From the NCBI GenBank assembly GCA_035620555.1, contig DASPGQ010000218.1, positions 1 through 58,929 on the forward strand: a stretch of DNA of 58,929 bases, read 5' to 3'. Numbering within the stretch: position 1 is the first letter of the stretch; every line of letters starts with the position of its first letter. This stretch comes from Vicinamibacteria bacterium (GTDB taxonomy: Bacteria; Acidobacteriota; Vicinamibacteria; Marinacidobacterales; SMYC01). The notes beneath the pieces were generated by a model. It saw only the letters and a program-made list of their open reading frames with translations. It was not told where the DNA came from and searched no databases. Made by a program: the position numbers and the translations under genes. Shown here one piece after another: positions 8,583-16,868 of the stretch.

Positions 8583-9323
8583 TCAGCGGCGCTCGAGCCG
8601 GCGATAACCATGCGCCGATTGAACCAGCACGAGGTCGGCCATCCCGAGGAACAATCCGTTGTCCACGACTCCGGCCAGAGAATCGATCTGGCTCGACAGC
8701 TCGCCCGGATCGTCTATTCCGTCGAAACTCGCGTCGAGTATGGCATTACCATTGTCGGACGCGAAAGGCGTGCCGTCGCCGTTCGAGCGAACGGATACCG
8801 AAGCGCCGAGTCTCGCGAGGCCTCGAGAGACCGTGGAAACGGCGAAAGGCACGACTTCGACCGGCACCGCGCCTCGCGCCCCGAGCCGAGGCACGAGTTT
8901 CTCCTCCCCGACGAGAATCACGAATCGCCGGGATATCGACGCGACCACGCGTTCTCGGACCAGAGCGCCGCCATGGCCCTTGATCAGATCGAGATCGGGG
9001 GCCACTTCGTCGGCACCGTCGACATCGATATCGATCGAATCGACCTGGTCGAGGGGGACCAAGGGAATCTCGAGCTCACGAGCCAGGGCTTCCGTCGCCC
9101 GGGAAGTCGCCACCGCGCGAACCGATAGCCCGCCCTGGACTCGACGGCCGAGTCCGCGAACGAACATCGACGCGGCCCGACCCGTTCCCAGCCCGACGAC
9201 CCAGCGGGACTCGACCATTTCGGCAGCCTCGACAGCGGCGGACCAGAGCGGAGATTTCTCGGTTTCCACGGGGAGGACGAGCATAGCGGACCATCGTGCA
9301 AACGAGCAACACGAAACGGTCAT
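8583..9323 (-). CDS. rpiA: ribose-5-phosphate isomerase A
   Basis: Motifs GLGTGRAA, DVDGADEV, LIKGHGGALVRERVVA, VPVEVVPFA and SDNGNAILD are colinear with RpiA. The start is ambiguous: ATG 9323 has GAGGGG upstream, and ATG 9284 gives a more canonical length. Confidence 0.85.
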   Translation of the reverse strand: MTVSCCSFARWSAMLVLPVETEKSPLWSAAVEAAEMVESRWVVGLGTGRAASMFVRGLGRRVQGGLSVRAVATSRATEALARELEIPLVPLDQVDSIDIDVDGADEVAPDLDLIKGHGGALVRERVVASISRRFVILVGEEKLVPRLGARGAVPVEVVPFAVSTVSRGLARLGASVSVRSNGDGTPFASDNGNAILDASFDGIDDPGELSSQIDSLAGVVDNGLFLGMADLVLVQSAHGYRRLERR

Positions 9324-9328
9324 AGAAT
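9323..9328 (+). promoter_or_regulatory. -10-like TAGAAT box 6 nt upstream of the GH20 ATG (possible leaderless transcript)
   Basis: The sequence TAGAATCCCCTCATG spans 9323-9337. The same TAGAATCCC-N3-ATG arrangement occurs at 43760-43774. No Shine-Dalgarno fits in the 6-nt gap. Confidence 0.3.
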
Positions 9329-9334
9329 CCCCTC

Positions 9335-11200
9335 ATGCAGAAGCTCCCGGCTTTGCTCCCGACGCCGCAGCGATTCCACGAGCGCGAAGGATCGTTTCGA
9401 CTTCGGCACGATCTCCCCATCGTCCTCGGTCCGTCCTCCACCACGGGCGATTTTCGATCCGCCTGGGCGCTGCGCCGTCGAATCGAAGCGCGTACCGGTC
9501 TTACGCTTCCGGTCGAGACTCACGCGCGGATCGGCGATCTCGGCCAGCGTATCGAGCTCGAAAGGACCGGGGAAGAAGGCGATGGATACCGACTCGACGT
9601 GTCACGAGACTCGATGCGCGTCTCGGGGGCGGGCGCGTCGGGTCTTCGCTACGGAATCGAGACCTTGAGCCAACTCCTCGGTCGCGGCCGCGAAGTTCCT
9701 TGTTGCACGATCGACGATGCCCCCGACCTCGACAAGCGCGGCCTGCTCATCGACATCTCGCGCGGCAAAGTGCCGACGCTCGGGACATTGAAGGGCATCG
9801 TCGAACAAATGGTCCGGCTGAAGCTCAACCTGCTGATGCTCTATACCGAGCACGTGTTCCGCTTTCGACGCCACCCGGAGATCGGACGGAACTCATCGCC
9901 CATGGAGGCCTGGGAGATCCGAGAGCTCGACGCCTACGCCGCCGAACGTCACGTGGAGCTGGTCCCAACGCTGCAATCGCTCGGTCACATGCACCAGATC
10001 TTGAATCTTCGCGGTTTTCGCCACCTCGCCGAAAGCGAGAAGCGTTGGTCTCTCTCGCCTGCTCGGGAGCAGAGCTACGAGCTGCTCTCGGATCTCTATG
10101 CCGAGTACCTTCCGAACTTCGGTTCGTCGTGGTTCAATGCGAACTGCGACGAGCCCGTCGACCTCGGAAGAGGGCTGTCCAAGGATTGGGCCGAACGAGA
10201 GGGTCGAGCCGCCGTATTTGCGTCCCACGTACGACGAGTGAAAGCTCTGGCGGAGGAGCACGGAAAGAGGACGCTGATTTGGGCCGACGTGGTCCACGAG
10301 CATCCCGACGTGCTCGAACAGCTTCCTGACGGTCTTCTTCTTCTGGACTGGTGGTACGAGGCCGACCATGACTTCGATCGGGTTCGAGTGTTCGCGGACA
10401 GGAAGATCCCTTTCCTCGTCGCCGCGGGAACGTCGAGCTGGAACACGTTGTTCCCCCGCCTCGAGAATGCCGTTTCGAACATCCGCGGCTATGCCGAGGC
10501 GGCAAAACGACACCGTGGAGTCGGGCTTCTGATAACGGATTGGGGAGATGGGGGCCACCCCAACCTCCTCGGAAACTCTGCCCACGGTTTCGCCTGGGGC
10601 GCTCAATGCGCCTGGGGCAGGAGTGACCTCGGAGACAGGGAGTTCGACCGAGCCTTTGCCTGGAGCGCGTTCTCCGATCGCTCGGGAGCGGCGGGTCGAC
10701 TCTACCGCCGGTTGGGTGCACTGCACCAGACCGGCTTCGACCACTTCAATCACTCGCCGCTCAAGAGCCTCTACTTCGACGACTGGACCGACGCGACCTA
10801 CACCCGCAAGTCCCGTCGGAGCATCCTCGTCGAGACCCTGAGGCGGCTAGAGAGCGTGGAACGGGCCCTCGTCCAGAGCGACGGAAAATTGAAGACACGA
10901 CCCTTGATTGCGGCGGAGCTTCGATTCGCCGTCGCGGTTTCGAGGTCGGCGGCGGAAAAAGGACTCCTCGGTCTCGAGTATCTGGATTTCGAGAACGAGG
11001 CTTCGTCCTGGACCCCGAGCCGCCGGAAGGGGCTCGCGCGGCGGGTGGAACGAGTCGCACGGGAGCAGGCGAAGGCGCGCGAAAGACATCGCGAGCTGTG
11101 GCTGGCGCGAAATCGTCCGTCGGGATTCGAGACCACCCGGGGCTATTACGAACGGTCGTTGCGAGGCATGCGACGGGCGGTCCGAAAGCTCGAGCGGTAG
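9335..11200 (+). CDS. glycoside hydrolase family 20-like protein (beta-N-acetylhexosaminidase family)
   Basis: The N-terminus LLPTPQRFHEREGSFRL is typical of GH20 domain 1. TIM-barrel segments are RGLLIDISRGKVP and LKLNLLMLYTEHVF. The putative catalytic pair lies in WFNANCDEP (D-E). The family call is moderate and substrate is unknown. Confidence 0.6.
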   Translation: MQKLPALLPTPQRFHEREGSFRLRHDLPIVLGPSSTTGDFRSAWALRRRIEARTGLTLPVETHARIGDLGQRIELERTGEEGDGYRLDVSRDSMRVSGAGASGLRYGIETLSQLLGRGREVPCCTIDDAPDLDKRGLLIDISRGKVPTLGTLKGIVEQMVRLKLNLLMLYTEHVFRFRRHPEIGRNSSPMEAWEIRELDAYAAERHVELVPTLQSLGHMHQILNLRGFRHLAESEKRWSLSPAREQSYELLSDLYAEYLPNFGSSWFNANCDEPVDLGRGLSKDWAEREGRAAVFASHVRRVKALAEEHGKRTLIWADVVHEHPDVLEQLPDGLLLLDWWYEADHDFDRVRVFADRKIPFLVAAGTSSWNTLFPRLENAVSNIRGYAEAAKRHRGVGLLITDWGDGGHPNLLGNSAHGFAWGAQCAWGRSDLGDREFDRAFAWSAFSDRSGAAGRLYRRLGALHQTGFDHFNHSPLKSLYFDDWTDATYTRKSRRSILVETLRRLESVERALVQSDGKLKTRPLIAAELRFAVAVSRSAAEKGLLGLEYLDFENEASSWTPSRRKGLARRVERVAREQAKARERHRELWLARNRPSGFETTRGYYERSLRGMRRAVRKLER

Positions 11201-11244
11201 TACTAACGAGGCTTCGCGCTCGATGCCCGCCCGACCAAGGAGCG

Positions 11245-11586
11245 CTAAGCCCCGAAAACGATCCGAACGACGAACACGCCCACGAAAGCCACCACGATCA
11301 TGCGTCCCGGCCAACGCCACGCACGGTAGAGAGCGACGTTGAACGCGCTGAAGCATCCAATTAAAACGAACAAAGCGATCGCGGCGAGGCGAAACGGAAG
11401 GCCGGCGTCGTAGGAGAGCATGTGGTAAGCGCCCGCCACCGCGAGAAACGTTCCCAGGGCGCCGAACAGAACCCGGAGAAAGGCCTGGAGCCTCGGCCCG
11501 CCTTTGGGACCGAGCTCGATACCGTCCAGTAAATCGTCCAGATCGAGCACTCCTTCGATTCTGAGAGACGAAAAGACGTCCGTCAA
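11245..11586 (-). CDS. small hypothetical membrane protein (3 predicted TM helices)
   Basis: 113-aa ORF with a TTG start and hydrophobic stretches LFGALGTFLAVAGAY, LAAIALFVLIGCF and MIVVAFVGVFVV. Codon third positions are GC-rich like neighbouring genes. No recognisable family. Confidence 0.45.
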   Translation of the reverse strand: MTDVFSSLRIEGVLDLDDLLDGIELGPKGGPRLQAFLRVLFGALGTFLAVAGAYHMLSYDAGLPFRLAAIALFVLIGCFSAFNVALYRAWRWPGRMIVVAFVGVFVVRIVFGA

Positions 11587-11672
11587 GAAACTGGCGGGTG
11601 GCGCTCAGCTTCGAGCTCGAGCGGGGAAGGCTTCGACGCGTCGAGCGGCGGACCCTGGTGAGCAACCAGCTC

Positions 11673-13457
11673 TCAACCGTTGGAGCCTTTTTCTTCCTCG
11701 GCCCCGCGCGGGGAGCGAGGTTTATAGAATTCTGGCAGCTCGCCTGGCTCCGTTTCTTCGGGGGGCTCTTTGGCCGCTCTCTCCGGGCGCTCCCCTCGGT
11801 CGGGCTCTTTCGGGTCGACGCGCGGATCCGGTGGTGAAGCGTCCGGGGGTACCGGTCGCGATTCCGGAGCGCGCGGCGGGATGGAAGCTCGGTAGAAGCT
11901 CGGAAGCGGGGACTCCTCTTCCTCCTCGGCAGGGTGAGGGACCTCTTCGTCCTCCTCGGCAGAGTCCTGGACCTCCTCTTTCTCCTCGGCCGGGTCCCGG
12001 ACCTCCTCTTCCTCCTCCTCGGCAGAGTGATGGGACTCCCCTTCCTCCTCGAGAGAGTCCTGGATCTCCTCTTCCGTCACCTCGGCCGATTCTTGGATCT
12101 CCTGGGCCTCTTGGGCCCTATCCTGGACCTCGTCTTCCTTTTCGGCAGGCGGACCGCCGGTTGGCTCGAGAAGAGCCTCCTCATCGGGTACGACGGCTTC
12201 GGTCACTCGTCTCTCTGGGCGTTCGGCCGGCTCTCGCGAGGGTTGGGGCGCCTCTCGGCGCGCCGTTCGAGGCTCCTTGGCCGGCCTCGCCGAGGCGCGC
12301 AAGGCGAGCTCATATCTCGGCAGCAACTTGTGCCAGCCGTAGTTTTCCTTCACGTAACGCTGGCCGTTTCGGCCCATGGCTCTCGCGAGCGCCCGATCGC
12401 TCGCGAGCAGGTTGAGAATCGCCTCGAACTCCTCGAAGTCGTTGTAGTAGAAGCCAGCGTTCGCTTTGCGGCAATGATCCAGGAGAACGCGGGAGGCACC
12501 GTTCACCACGACCGGCGTGCCGACCGAGAAGGCTTCGAGCGTTACGATGGAAAGGCTTTCCAACCGCGACGGCTGCACCACCGCTTCGGAGCCGGCCATC
12601 GCCGAGAGCTTGTCCCCCTCGTCGACGAAGCCGATGTAGCGAATCGCTGAATCGTCGGGGAGCTTCATCCCCAGTTTTCCGATGAGGATGAGCTGAAGGT
12701 TGCCCGACGCCGGGTTCTCTTCCTTGTAGAACGTAAAGTAGCGGAACAGCTCCTCGAGGCCTTTGCCGGGATCGATTCGCCCCGCGTAGAGCAGGTATCG
12801 TCCGGGAATGCCGTGCTTCTTACGAAATGCGGAGGTGTCCGGCTGATCGAGAAGCTCCATCCCCATTCCAATCGTTTCGCGCATCTTCTTGTGAATCGGG
12901 AAGCGTTCGAGCATCAGCACTTCTTCCGATTCGGTATTGAACAAGAACGAGCTGGGGAGCTGGAACATCTCGCGAAAGATCCCGAGCCGCAGAGGCGGCT
13001 CGTCATGTGCGGTCGGTACGAGGATGCTCTTTTCCGGTGCGACCTGGAGCCCGTAGTAGGTCGGGTAGTACAGATAAGTAAAGAAGACCAACAGGTCATA
13101 ACGGTTCTGCTCTTTCTTGAGGTGCTCGACGAGCTCGGGCACGACGGGTCCCTGTCGGTCGAGCCACTCGAGCTCCTGCTCCCGTGTGGGCTTCCCGTGG
13201 TAGATCTCCTCGGAATACTTGTTGAACTCTTCGAGGTTACGCTCGCTCGAGACCGGGAATCGCAGGATGCGCACGCCGCGGAGCTTCTGTTCACCGGGCT
13301 CGTACTCGTTCCTCCAGGTGATGTAGTCCCTGGCGGTGGTCGTCAAGACCGTGACCTCGTGACGGCGCGCGAGGCGCTCGGCAAGCTGGCGTGCGAGAGT
13401 CTCCGAGCCACCCAGAATCTCGCGACCGTACCGCTGAACGATGAAGGCCAGCTTCAC
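11673..13457 (-). CDS. GT4-family glycosyltransferase (type A paralog) with a ~190-aa poly-acidic repeat tail
   Basis: ORF 11673-13832. The real start is probably GTG 13457 (VKLAFIVQRYG...), overlapping the upstream stop as GTGA. It is colinear with the 15600-16868 product. GT4 C-terminal motif: PSRLESLSIVTLEAFSVGTPVV. The tail from about residue 405 is rich in E/D/P. Confidence 0.8.
   Translation of the reverse strand: MKLAFIVQRYGREILGGSETLARQLAERLARRHEVTVLTTTARDYITWRNEYEPGEQKLRGVRILRFPVSSERNLEEFNKYSEEIYHGKPTREQELEWLDRQGPVVPELVEHLKKEQNRYDLLVFFTYLYYPTYYGLQVAPEKSILVPTAHDEPPLRLGIFREMFQLPSSFLFNTESEEVLMLERFPIHKKMRETIGMGMELLDQPDTSAFRKKHGIPGRYLLYAGRIDPGKGLEELFRYFTFYKEENPASGNLQLILIGKLGMKLPDDSAIRYIGFVDEGDKLSAMAGSEAVVQPSRLESLSIVTLEAFSVGTPVVVNGASRVLLDHCRKANAGFYYNDFEEFEAILNLLASDRALARAMGRNGQRYVKENYGWHKLLPRYELALRASARPAKEPRTARREAPQPSREPAERPERRVTEAVVPDEEALLEPTGGPPAEKEDEVQDRAQEAQEIQESAEVTEEEIQDSLEEEGESHHSAEEEEEEVRDPAEEKEEVQDSAEEDEEVPHPAEEEEESPLPSFYRASIPPRAPESRPVPPDASPPDPRVDPKEPDRGERPERAAKEPPEETEPGELPEFYKPRSPRGAEEEKGSNG
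11911..12152. repeat. eight imperfect 30/33-nt tandem repeats (coding; acidic decapeptide repeat)
   Basis: Units begin at 11911, 11940, 11970, 12000, 12034, 12063, 12096 and 12126, with consensus about GACCTCCTCTTCCTCCTCGGCAGAGTCCTG. On the minus strand they encode roughly (S/P)AEE(E/K)EEV(Q/R)D, repeated 8 times. Confidence 0.85.
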
Positions 13458-14515
13458 CGGGACACCTCCTCGACATAATCGAGGAGCGCTTTCTCGACTC
13501 GATGGGGGTGAAAACTGGCGACCCGACGGGTCCCTCCCGCCGCCACCCGCCGGGACAAATCTTCGTCGCTGACCATCAGGTGAGCCATCTCCGCCAGCTC
13601 CTCGTAATTTTTCTCGTAAAACTCGATTCCCGCGCCGCCGAGCGTGTACGGGACCGCGCCCGCCGCGTAGGCCATCACCGGCAACTCCAACAACATCGAC
13701 TCGACGAGAGGCACGGCGAAGCCTTCGTGCTCGCTCATGGTGATGAACAGGTCCGAGAAACGGTAGCAGGCAACGAGCTCGTCGAACGACAGATGGCCGG
13801 CGAAAAGGAATTCGCTCGGCCGCAGGCCCCACTCGTCCGCGAGCGCCTGCACCGCCTGTTGATAGCGCTCCATCCTACCGGCCTTTCCCACGAGAAGGAA
13901 GCGGAAGTTTTCCGAGACGTACTTCTTGTAGAAGAACGCGAGCTTCGCCAGATCCTCGAACCGTTTGTTGGGGTAGATCCGGCCCACGAAGAGGAAGTTG
14001 GCCCTGCCGTCGTCGAGCATCTCGCCCAACACCGGATCGGGCTCGGTATCGAGGTAAGGGGTGAAGTCCAGCAGGATGGGGAGCACGGCCGTCCTCGGGA
14101 AGCCCATTTCCTCGAGCTCGAGGCGGTTGAACTCGGAATCTCCTAGAGCCAGATCGCAGGCTCCAGAAAGGCGGCGAAGCTCCTCCCGGCCTCGGTAGGC
14201 AATCCGGGCGAGCTCATCGTCGAGACCCCGGAAGAAGCTCGCCGGGGTGATGTTGTGGTAGATGAGTACACGCGCCGCGGACTCCCGCTCGAACGCGCTC
14301 GTGAGCGGCGAAGGCAAGGCGAAATGAAGTATCACGATGTCCGAGCGCCTTCGGTCGCGCCAAGCCATCACCTCGCCTTCCATGTCCTCGTCGATCTCGA
14401 GCGCGAATATCTCGGCATCCGAGCCCGACCGGACCAGCGCATCGCGGATGCGCAGGGCCTCGTCACCGATGGCGTCGCCACGGTGTGCCGCGGGAAGCCA
14501 TTGATCGACCTTCAT
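13454..14515 (-). CDS. GT4-family glycosyltransferase (type B paralog 1)
   Basis: MKVDQWLPAAHRGDAIGDEALRIRDAL... is colinear with the next gene's product. E-x7-E region: SEHEGFAVPLVESMLLELPVMA. It has 4-nt overlaps with both neighbours. Confidence 0.8.
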   Translation of the reverse strand: MKVDQWLPAAHRGDAIGDEALRIRDALVRSGSDAEIFALEIDEDMEGEVMAWRDRRRSDIVILHFALPSPLTSAFERESAARVLIYHNITPASFFRGLDDELARIAYRGREELRRLSGACDLALGDSEFNRLELEEMGFPRTAVLPILLDFTPYLDTEPDPVLGEMLDDGRANFLFVGRIYPNKRFEDLAKLAFFYKKYVSENFRFLLVGKAGRMERYQQAVQALADEWGLRPSEFLFAGHLSFDELVACYRFSDLFITMSEHEGFAVPLVESMLLELPVMAYAAGAVPYTLGGAGIEFYEKNYEELAEMAHLMVSDEDLSRRVAAGGTRRVASFHPHRVEKALLDYVEEVSR

Positions 14516-15603
14516 GACTCTTGACTCCCCACCACCTCCGAGGCGAGGGCTTTTTTGACGAGCTCACCGAGCAGGACGCGGTCGTCCCTCGCCTCGAGTC
14601 GGTCGAGAGCACGGTCCTGACCGGTGACGATTCTCGAGGAGAGCGAATCGTTGGTCACGATGGCATGTGCCATGAGAGCGATTTCGTCGATGCGTTTTTC
14701 GCGGATCAGAATCCCGGCGCCATCGAGGGTCTCGGGCACGGCGCCAGCGTCCATCGCCATCACCGGGACGCCGAAGCGGAAGGCCTCGATGAGGGGAACG
14801 CAATATCCTTCGTGCTCGCTCAGACAGAGGAACAGATCCGCGACCTCATAGTAGGCGACCAGGTCGTCGTCCTCGACGTGGCCGGTGAAGACGACGTCCT
14901 TCAGCTGAAAATCGTCTACCAGCCTCACCAGGGCCTCGTGATACTTCTCGAAACCCACCCATTCGCCCACGAGCAGCAATCGGCAGTTCCGCTCGATGAA
15001 CTTCTGGTAGAAGGCGAACACCTTGATGAGGTCGTGGAAGCATTTGTTGGGTATGACGCGACCCACGAAGAGAAAGTTCTTCTTGTCGTCGTCGAACATC
15101 CCCAGCACGGCCTCATTCGGGTCGATGTCGAGCCGCGAGTCGTCGAGCAGCAGGGGAAGGACCCCCGTCGGGTGGAAACCAACCGCGTCGAGCTCGGCAC
15201 GGTTGAACTCGGAATCGCCGACCGCAAGGCGGACTCGAGGCACGAACGCCTGGAGCTCGCGCCGACCGTGGTAGCACAGACCGGCCAGGTGCCGGTGGTA
15301 CGGTGCAAACCAACGGGCCGGCGTGATGTTGTGATAGACGAGGAGAATCGGGTTGGGGAGATGGTAAGCGAACGTGCTCACGCCCGCCCCTATGGAAAAA
15401 TGAAGTATGACCAGATCATCCGCCGACGAGACCTGCGAATAGTCCCAAAGCTTCCGCGCCCGGCCTGCCATGTCGGGATGAACGGACTCGGCGAAGATCT
15501 CGGACTCGTAGCCTTCTTCACGAAGGATGGCTTGGATGCGCAGGGCCTCGTTGCCGATGGCGTCGCCATAGGACAGCGCCGCGAGCATCTGATCGACCCT
15601 CAT
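14512..15603 (-). CDS. GT4-family glycosyltransferase (type B paralog 2)
   Basis: MRVDQMLAALSYGDAIGNEALRIQAIL... with SEHEGYCVPLIEAFRFGVPVMA. It is a clear paralog of 13454-14515 and has 4-nt overlaps on both sides. Confidence 0.8.
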   Translation of the reverse strand: MRVDQMLAALSYGDAIGNEALRIQAILREEGYESEIFAESVHPDMAGRARKLWDYSQVSSADDLVILHFSIGAGVSTFAYHLPNPILLVYHNITPARWFAPYHRHLAGLCYHGRRELQAFVPRVRLAVGDSEFNRAELDAVGFHPTGVLPLLLDDSRLDIDPNEAVLGMFDDDKKNFLFVGRVIPNKCFHDLIKVFAFYQKFIERNCRLLLVGEWVGFEKYHEALVRLVDDFQLKDVVFTGHVEDDDLVAYYEVADLFLCLSEHEGYCVPLIEAFRFGVPVMAMDAGAVPETLDGAGILIREKRIDEIALMAHAIVTNDSLSSRIVTGQDRALDRLEARDDRVLLGELVKKALASEVVGSQES

Positions 15604-16868
15604 ACGCTCGACCCGAACAACCGGTCCAGAAGGCCAGATGCCCGGGGAACGGGGCCGCGCTTCTCGTCGGTTTTCCGAAGGACGTCAAGGATTCGATTGT
15701 ATTTTCCCTCGATCACGTCCCAGCGATAGTGTTGCTGGTAGTAGCGCCGACCATTGTCGCCGAGCTGTGCCCGCAGATCCGCCCGTCGCTCCAAGAGCGA
15801 CAGTGCCTCGCGAAACTCGTAGTAGTCGCCGTAGTAGAGGCCCCCGTTGGCGCGTCGGCACTGTCCAACGAGCACGTCGCACTCCCCGTTGGCGAGAACG
15901 GGTTTACCCAGGGCCCATGCCTCCAGGGTAGCCATCGAAAGGCTCTCGAGAGCCGACGGCATGATGAGAAGGTCGGCACCCGAAAGCGCGCTCCATTTCT
16001 CGGGATCCGGCAGAAACCCGAGATAGCGTATTCCCGGAGCCTCGGGTATTTCCATTTGCCGACCGCCCACGAGAAGCAATATGAGGCTCGATCCGGTCTC
16101 CTCGCGGTAGCGGCGGAAGTAGTGGACGAGGGTGCGACACCCCTTGTTCGGGTCGACGCGGCCGACGTAAACGGCGTAGCGCCCGCCGATGTCGTGACGG
16201 CGCCGAAAGGCCTCCTCGTCGGTCCGCTCCGGGACCCTGGATCCGACGCCGACGACCTCGCCGAAAACCCGCTGGTTTCCGCTCGCCGACCAGATCATCT
16301 GCCGTTCCTCGATCGAGTTGTAGACGATCGCTCGAGGAAGGTGGAATAGCTTCTTGAAGATGGAGAGGCCTACCACATCGTCCTTCTCCGCTGTCGGCAC
16401 CAGAATCGCCTTGGGAGCTACCGCGTGAATACCGAAGTAGCTGTGATAGTAGCGATAGCTGAAGAAGACGAAATAGTCGTACCCCCCCATGTTCCGTCTC
16501 AAGTAACGCACCAGCGCCGGTGAAAGCGGCCCTTGCTCTTCGAGCCACGAGAGCTCGTCGGCTTCGCTGTGGCGCCCCAAGAAGACTTTCTGTGACAGGC
16601 GCCCGAACCGATCGGGGTCGCGCGGCCGCTTGACCTTGAACCGCCTCACCGGGACGCCGTGAACCGAATCGAGCCCCGACTTTCTTTCGTTCGCCCAGGT
16701 GATGTAGTCGCGAGCGCAGGTTGTCAATACTTCCACCCGATGCGTCGATGCGAGCCGCTCGGCGACCAGACGGCAATGGTACTCCGCACCCCCGTTGACG
16801 TCTTCGCCGTAGCGTTGCACGACGAAGGCGAGCTTGAGCCCGATTTCATTCGCGGGAGATGGGGTCAA
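15600..16868 (-). CDS. GT4-family glycosyltransferase (type A paralog, no tail)
   Basis: TTG start at 16868, overlapping the upstream stop as TTGA. The segment LKLAFVVQRYGEDVNGGAEYHCRLVAERL...TTCARDYITWANE is colinear with the 11673-13457 product. GT4 motif: PSALESLSMATLEAWALGKPVL. Confidence 0.8.
   Translation of the reverse strand: MTPSPANEIGLKLAFVVQRYGEDVNGGAEYHCRLVAERLASTHRVEVLTTCARDYITWANERKSGLDSVHGVPVRRFKVKRPRDPDRFGRLSQKVFLGRHSEADELSWLEEQGPLSPALVRYLRRNMGGYDYFVFFSYRYYHSYFGIHAVAPKAILVPTAEKDDVVGLSIFKKLFHLPRAIVYNSIEERQMIWSASGNQRVFGEVVGVGSRVPERTDEEAFRRRHDIGGRYAVYVGRVDPNKGCRTLVHYFRRYREETGSSLILLLVGGRQMEIPEAPGIRYLGFLPDPEKWSALSGADLLIMPSALESLSMATLEAWALGKPVLANGECDVLVGQCRRANGGLYYGDYYEFREALSLLERRADLRAQLGDNGRRYYQQHYRWDVIEGKYNRILDVLRKTDEKRGPVPRASGLLDRLFGSSV

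Noticed and set aside
7246-10329. Long plus-strand ORFs 7246-8607 (453 aa) and 8659-10329 (556 aa), antisense to or out of frame with the ABC transporter, rpiA and GH20 genes
   Set aside because: The products are low-complexity (R/S/P/A-rich) and lack domains. They fully overlap genes that have strong family motifs.
11911-12152. Tandem 30/33-nt repeats considered as a possible CRISPR array
   Set aside because: The units are directly adjacent with no unique spacers, are imperfect, keep an open reading frame and encode an acidic peptide repeat. This is a coding minisatellite, not CRISPR.
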